Both the position numbers and the translations under genes were made by a program. This document shows positions 29,861-37,051 of a DNA stretch of 37,051 bases, one piece after another; position 1 is the stretch's first letter; every line of letters begins with the position of its first letter. The DNA lies in contig BROI01000031.1 in NCBI GenBank assembly GCA_027923505.1, positions 248,001 to 285,051 on the forward strand, read 5' to 3'. A model generated the notes under the pieces. The model made no database searches, was not told where the DNA came from, and saw only the letters and a list, made by a program, of their open reading frames with translations. This DNA comes from Mayamaea pseudoterrestris. Its lineage: Eukaryota.

Positions 29861-32800
29861 TGGGCTGAAATGGTGCAAAACGGAATGCCTGGAGGCCTAC
29901 ACCATCTGCAAAATGGGTGTGGCCAACACCCCAAATTATGGAATCATACCACTACAATGCCCCGTCCCCTGATCACCCAACAACCCAATGAGTCATGCAA
30001 AACATGTCCAGGGTGTGCCATTGACATGAGGATGGTCTGACATGGTACAAAACGGACTGCCTGGAGGCCTACAGCATGGAATGGTCTACAAGATGGGTGT
30101 GGCCAACACACCAAATTATGGAATCATACCACTACAATGCCCCATGCCCTGGCCACCCAACAACCCAATGAGTCAGGCAAAAACATGTCCAGGGTGTGCC
30201 ATTGACATGAGGATGGGCTGAAATGGTGCAAAACGGACTGCCTGGAGGCCTACACCATCCAAGTGGGTGTGGCCAACACCCCAAATTATGGAATCATACC
30301 ACTACAATGCCCCATCCCCTGATCACCCAACAACCCAATGAGTCATGCAAAACATGTCCAGGGTGTGCCATTGACATGAGGATGGTCTGACATGGTACAA
30401 AACGGACTGCCTGGAGGCCTACAGCATGGAATGGTCTACAAGATGGGTGTGGCCAACACCCCAAATTATGGAATCATACCACTACAATGCCCCATGCCCT
30501 GGCCACCCAACAACCCAATGAGTCAGGCAAAACATGTCCAGGGTGTGCCATTGACATGCAGATGGGCTGAAATGGTGCAAAACGGACTGCCTGGAGGCCC
30601 ACACCATCTGCAAAATGGTAACAAAAAGGACAATGCCCTACATGGGCCCTGATCACCCAACAACCCAATGAGTCATGCCCAAAAACCTGTCCAGAGGTGT
30701 GCCATTGACATGAGAGGATGGTCCTGGCATGGTACAAAACGGACTGCCTGGGCCTACAGCATGGGATGGTTCCCAATGTGGCCAACACGAATTGTGGCCC
30801 CGACCCCTACTGAACTGCCGTGCCCCTGCCCGGAACACATGGGGTGTGCCATTGACAGAGGATGGGCTGAGGTGGTGCACTGTGGACTGCCTGGCCTACA
30901 CCATCTCAAAATGGTGTACCCAACACACAATTTGGAATCATACCGCTCAGTGCCCGTCCCTGTCCCGCCCGGTCATGCAAAACATGTGGTGTGCCATTGA
31001 CGTGAGATGGTCTGACATGGTACAAAACGGACTGCCTGGAGGCCTACAGCATGGAATGGTCTACGAGATGGGTGTGGCCAACCCCAAATTATGGAATCAT
31101 ACACAATGCCCCATCCCTGGCCACCCAACAACCCAATGAGTCAGGCAAAACATGTCAGGGTGTGCCATTGACATGGATGGGCTGAAATGGTGCAAAACGG
31201 ACTGCCTGGAGGCCTACCCTGCAAAATCGGGTGTGGCCAGCACACTCAAATTATGGAATCATACCACTACAATGCCCCGTCCCTGCTCACCCAACAACCC
31301 AATCGTCTGCAAAACTGTCCGGGTGTGCCTTGACAGAGTGGTCTGCGCGGTACAAAAACGGACTGCCTGGAGGCCTACAGCTGGAGTGGTCTACAAGATG
31401 GGTGTGGCCAACACCCCAAATTGTGGGGTCATACCACTACAATGCCCCCCTCCCCCAGGTCGTCGCAAAATGTCCAGGGTTGCCATTGGCATGAGGATGG
31501 GCTGTCATGGTGAACGCTGCCTGGAGGCCTACACCACGGGTGTTGGCCAACACCCCAGTATGATCATACCCTCATGCCCCCGCCTCCATCATGCGGCTTG
31601 CACAGCATGTCCCGGGTGTGCCATTGACATGGGATGGTCTGCGTGGTACAACGCGGACTGCCCCTGGGGCCCCTACAGCATGGAATGGTCTACAAGATGG
31701 GTGTGGCCAGCCCCCGAATTATGGAATCACACGCTGTGCCCCCATGCCCTGGCCACCCAACAACCCACGGGTCAGGCAAAACATGTCGGTGTGCCATTGA
31801 CATGGGATGGGCTGAAATGGTGCAGTCGGTCTGCCTGCCTCCATCTGCAAAGGGTGTGGCCAACACTCCCAAGAATCATACCACTCATCCCTCCCTGGTC
31901 ACCCAAACAAGGTCATGCAAATCTTGTCCGGGTGTCCATTGACATGGATGGTCTGACTGTTCAAAACGGCTGCCTGGGGCCTCAGCTGGGGGTCTACAGT
32001 GGGTGTGGCCAACACCCCCTTGGATCTACCCTACCGCCCCCTGCCCTGGCCACCCAACAGCCCAATGGGTCAGGCCAAAAAACATGTCCAGGGTTTGCTA
32101 TTGGCATGAGGATGTGCAATGGTGAAACGGACTGAGGCCTGCCATCAAAGTAGTGCCCAAAGCTCCCCCCCCCCCCAAGAGTCATGGAAACATGTGGAAG
32201 TGTCCATTGACTTATGAGGATGTGTTCCTGACATGGTACCACGGACTGCCTGGAGGCCTACAGCATGGAATCAGTTACACAAGATGGAGTGTAGCCAACT
32301 TTTACATGGTCATACCACTACAATGCCCCAAGCCCTGGCCACAACAACCCAATGAGTCAGGCAAAACAATGTTTGTGTGGAGATAGAACACAGTAAGACA
32401 AAGCGGACTGCCTGGGAGGCCTACACATCTGCAAAATGGGTGTAGCCAACACTTTGTTTAGTCATACCACTACAATGGCCCGTCCCTGATCACCCAACAA
32501 CCCAATTCATTGCAGAAACATGTAGGGTGTGCCATTGACATGAGGATGGTCTGACATGGTGGTACAACACAGACTGCCTGGGAGGCCTACAGCATGGGTG
32601 TCAAGCAAGATGGTGTGCAGCCAACACCCCAAAATTATGGAATCATACCACTACAATGCCCCATGCCCTGTACCCAACAACCCAATGAGTCAGGCAAAAC
32701 ATGTCCAGGGTGTGCCATTGACATGAGGATGGGCTAAATGGTGCAAAACGGACTGCCTGGGGGCCTACACCATGCAAGTGGGGGGCCAACACCCCTTTAA

Positions 32801-35800
32801 ATTGGAATCTATACCCTACAGTCCCGTCTCCTGGCCCCCCAACAACCTGAGTCATGCAAAACATGTCCAGGGTGTGCCATTGACATGAGATGGGCTGACA
32901 TGGTGCAAACGGGCTGCCTGGAGGCCCTACAGCGGAGTCGCAAGATGGGTGTGGCCAACACCCCAAGTATGGAATCATCATCCCCCTTCCTTTTGGCCCC
33001 CAATGAGTCAGGCAAAACATGTGGGGGTGCCAGTGAGCATGGGATGGTCTGACATGGTACAAAACGGACTGCCGGAGGCTACAGCATGGAATGGTCTCCA
33101 CAAAGATGGGTGTGGCCAACACCCCACAGTGGCTGGAGATCCCATACCACTACAATGCCTCCATGCCCTGGCCACCCAACAACCCAATGAGTCAGGCAGA
33201 AACATGTCCAGGGTGTACCACTGACATGAGAATGGGTAATGGTGCAAAACGGACTGCCTGGAGGCCCCATCATCTGCAAAATGGGTGTGGCCAACACCCC
33301 AAATTATGGAGTCCATACCACTACAATGCCGTCTGATCATAAAGCCAATGCAAAACCTGTCCAGGGTGTGCCATTGACATGGATGGTCTGACATGTTCAA
33401 AGCGGACTGCCTGGAGGCCTACAACATGGAATGTTCTACAAGATGGGTGTGGCCAACACCCCAAATTATCAGAATCATACCACTACAATCCCATGCCTGG
33501 CCACCCAACAACCCAATGAGTCAGGCAAGATCTTGTAGGGTGTGCCATTGACATGAGAGATGGGCTGAAATGGTGCTGGGGAGGCCTCATCTGCAAAATG
33601 GGTGTGACAACACCCCAATTATGGAATCCATACTACAATGCGTCCCTGATCACCCAACAACCCAATGAGTCATGCAGTATGTAGGGTGTAGGTAACATGA
33701 TGGAGTCTGACATGGTACAAAACGGACCTGGAGGCCTACAGCATGGAATGATGAATAGATTGGCCAACACCACAAATTTTGGAATCATACCACTACAATG
33801 CCCCACCCTGGCCACCCAACAACTCAGCCGTCAGGCAAAACATGTCCAGAGATTGTACCACCATTGTGTGGTTAGGCTGAAATGGTGCAAAAGCGGACTG
33901 CCTGGAGGCCTACACCATCTGCAAAATGGGTGTGGTTTTTAAATTATGGAATCATACCACTACAATGCCCCATCCCTGATTACCCAACAACAACCCAATG
34001 AGTCATGCAAACCATATCCATGGTGTGCCATTGACATGAGGATGGTCTGACATGGTACAAAAACGGACTGCCTGGAGGCCTACAGCATGGAATGATACAA
34101 GATGGTGTATTGCCCAAATTATGGAATCATGCCACTTGGCCTTTGTACCCTGGCCACCCAACAACCCAATAGGTCAGGCAAAACATGTCAGGGTGTGCCA
34201 TTGACATGGGGATGGGCTGTGGTGCAAAAATGGACTTTTGGAATTTTCCACCATCTGCAAAATGGGTGGCCAGCAATAAATTATGGAATCATACCACTAC
34301 AATGCCCCGTCCCTGATCTTTGCTCTTAATATCATGAAAACATGTCCAGGGTGTACCATTGATGAGGATGGTCTGACTTGTAGTACAAAACGGACTGCCT
34401 GGAGGCCTACAGCATGGAATGGTCTACAAGATGAGTGTGGCCAACACCCCAAATTATGGAATCATACCACTACAATGCCCCATGCCCTGGCCACCCAACA
34501 ACCCAGGGAGCCAAAGAACATGCTCCGGTTGCCATTGACGCAGGGGATGGGCTGAAATAGTGCAAAACGGACTGCCTGGAGGCCTACACCATCCGCAAAA
34601 TGGGTGTGGCCAACACCACAAATTATGGAATCATGCCACTACAATGCGTCCCTGTCACCCAACAGCCCAATGAGTCAGACATTATGTCCAGGGTGTGCCA
34701 TTGACATGAGGATGGTCTGACATGAGCTCAAAACAGGACTGCCTGGAGGCCTACAGCATGTGGAATGGTCTACAAGATGGGTGTGGCGACACATGGAATT
34801 TTTCTAATGCCCCATGCCTGGCCCCAAAGGTCAGAACAAATATATAGTTATGTCATTGGCATGAGGATGGGCGAAATGGTGCAAAAGCGGACTGCCTGGA
34901 GGCCTACACAATCTGCAAAAATTATGGAGATGCCACTACAATGCCCCGTCCCTGTGCAACAACCCAGTAGGTCATGCAAAACGCTATGTAGTGTGTGCCA
35001 TTGACATGAGGATGGTCTGACATGGTACAAAGCGGACCCTGGAGGCCTACAGCATGGAATGATCTGAGATGGGTGTGGCCTTACCCCAAATTATGGAATC
35101 ATGCCGCTACAATGCCCCATGCCCTGGCCCCCACCACCCCAATGTCAGGCAAAACATGTCCAAGGTGTGCCATTGACATGAGAGATGGGCTGAAATGGTG
35201 CAAAACGGACTGCCTGGAGGCCTACACCATCTAAATTATGGAATCATACCACTACAATGCCCCATGCCTGGCCACCCAACAACCCAATGAGTCAGGCAAA
35301 ACATGTCCAGGGTGTGCCATTGACATGAGGATGGGCTGAAATGGTGCAAATGAGGACTGCCTGGAGGCCTCCATCTGCAATGGGTGTAGCCAGCACCTGA
35401 AATTATGGAATCATACCACTACAATGCCGTCCCTGATCACCCAACAACCCAATGAGTCATGAAACATGTCCAGGGTGTGCGATTGACATGAGGATGGTCT
35501 GACATGGTACAAAAGCCGGACTGCCTGGAAACACAGTGGAATGGTCTACAAGATGGGTGGCCAACACCCCAAATCATGGAATCATACCACTACAATGCCC
35601 CATGCCCTGGCCACCCAACAGCAATGCCCAGGCAAAACATGTCCAGGGTGTGCCATTGACATGAGGATGAGCTAGAGAAATGGTGCAAAAAACGGACTGC
35701 CTGGAGAGCCTACACCATCTGGACGTGGGTGTGGCCAACACACATAAATTATGGAATCATACCACTACAATGCCCCGTCCCTGATCACCCCAACAACACA

Positions 35801-37051
35801 ATGAGTCATACAAAGTATGTCCAGGGTGTGCCATTGACATGAGGATGGTCTGACATGGTACAAAGCGGACTGCCTGGAGGCCTACAGCATGGAATGGTCT
35901 AATGGTGTGGCCACCCCCCCCAAATTATGGAGATATACCACTACAATGCCCCCATGCCCTGGCCACCCAACAACCCAATGAGTCAGGCAGACATGTCAGG
36001 GTGTGCCGTGACATGGATGGGCTGAAATGGTGCAAAGCGGTCTGCCTGAGGCCTACACCATCTGCAAGAATTGTGTGTGGCCAACACCGCAGAAGTATGG
36101 AATCATACCACTGCAGTAGCCCGTCCCTGTCCCAGCGCAATGAGGTCATGCAAAACATGTCCAGGGTGTGCCATTGACAAGAGGATGGTCCTGACATGGT
36201 ACAAAGCGGACTGCCTGGAGGCCTACAGCATGGAATGGTCTACAAGATGGGTGTAGGCCAACACCCCAAATTATGGAATCATGCCACTACAATGCCCCAT
36301 GCCTGGCCCACCCACCACCCAGTGAGTCAGGCAAAACATGTCCAGGGTGTGCCATTGACATGCGGTGGGCTGAAATGGTGCAAAACGGACTGCCTGGAGG
36401 CCTACACCATCTGCAAAGTGGGTGTGGCCAACACCCCAAATTATGGGATCATACCACTACATGCCCCGTCCCCTGATCACCCAACAACCCAATGAGTCAT
36501 GCAAAAACATGTCAGGGTGTGCCATTGATTTGTGGTCTGACATGGTACAAAACGGCTGCCGGAGGCCTACAGCATGGAATGGTCTACAAGATGGGTTGTG
36601 GCCAACACCCCCAAGTTGTGGGATCATACCACTACAGTGCCCCATGCCCTGGCCACCCCAACAACCCAATGAGTCGGCAAAACATGTCCAGGGTGTGCCA
36701 TTGCCATGGGGATGGGCTGAAATGGTGCAAAACGGACTGCCTGGAGGCTTCACCATCTGCAAATGGGTGTGGCCAACACCCAAATTATGGAATCTTACCA
36801 CTACAATGCCCGTCCCTGATCCCAACAGCCCAGTGAGTCATACAAAACATGTCAGGGTGTGCCATTGACATGAGGATGGTCTGACATGGTACAACACGGA
36901 CTGCCTGGAGGCCCTACAGCTGGGGTGTCAAGTTAGGTGTGGCCAACACCCACCGCCCCCCCACATGCCCTGCCACCCAACAGCCCGTAGTCAGGCAAAC
37001 ACACGGGGTGTGCCATTGACATGAGAGATGGGGCTGAAATGGTGCCAAAAC
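29861..37051. repeat. Satellite family A' array: alternating ~171 and ~180 bp monomers (~351 bp dimer), increasingly noisy, runs off window end
   Basis: Alternating GGGCTGAAATGGTGC..CACCATCTGCAAAATGGG..CCCTGATCACCC..TCATGC and GGTCTGACATGGTAC..CAGCATGGAATGGTCTACAAGATGGG..CCCTGGCCACCC..TCAGGC monomers. Anchors at 29870, 30042, 30223, 30392, 30572. Confidence 0.95.

Noticed and set aside
25994..37051. Satellite A as a coding 60 aa Cys/His-rich repeat (MVQNGLPGGL... and ORFs up to 327 aa)
   Set aside because: Stops in most monomers, frame-breaking length variants, and no recognisable zinc-finger or other repeat pattern. Long ORFs arise in the noisiest region.

Overview
Eukaryotic genomic DNA, most likely a diatom or other stramenopile. 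This is inferred from compact genes, short 84-145 nt GT-AG introns and bipartite signal-plus-transit N-termini. The window has two sharply different halves. Bases 1-21.7 kb are a dense gene block: the 3' part of proteasome subunit RPN2/PSMD1, a Nudix hydrolase, NCBP1/CBP80, a histidine-phosphatase/PGM-family protein, a SMARCAL1/ZRANB3-type SNF2 ATPase with SIM-like motifs and a C-terminal PDZ-like domain, argininosuccinate lyase, a small membrane protein, a signal-peptide-bearing ATP-grasp ligase, a TL17-like thylakoid-lumen pentapeptide-repeat protein, a four-exon Tim17/22/23-like gene missed by the ORF track, and a WNK kinase. From ~23.1 kb to the end lies ~14 kb of CpG-depleted satellite DNA built from nucleosome-sized monomers. 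It comprises a ~180 bp family (A) interrupted by a 169 bp array (B) with an 845 bp 5-mer higher-order repeat, an A-variant block, a ~351 bp dimeric family (C), a CpG-rich ~347 bp TG...CA island, and a ~351 bp A-family dimer array that becomes increasingly noisy toward the end. The most notable feature is this higher-order, hairpin-bearing satellite domain, a candidate centromeric, pericentromeric or subtelomeric heterochromatin block. No CRISPR array, rRNA or tRNA was seen.
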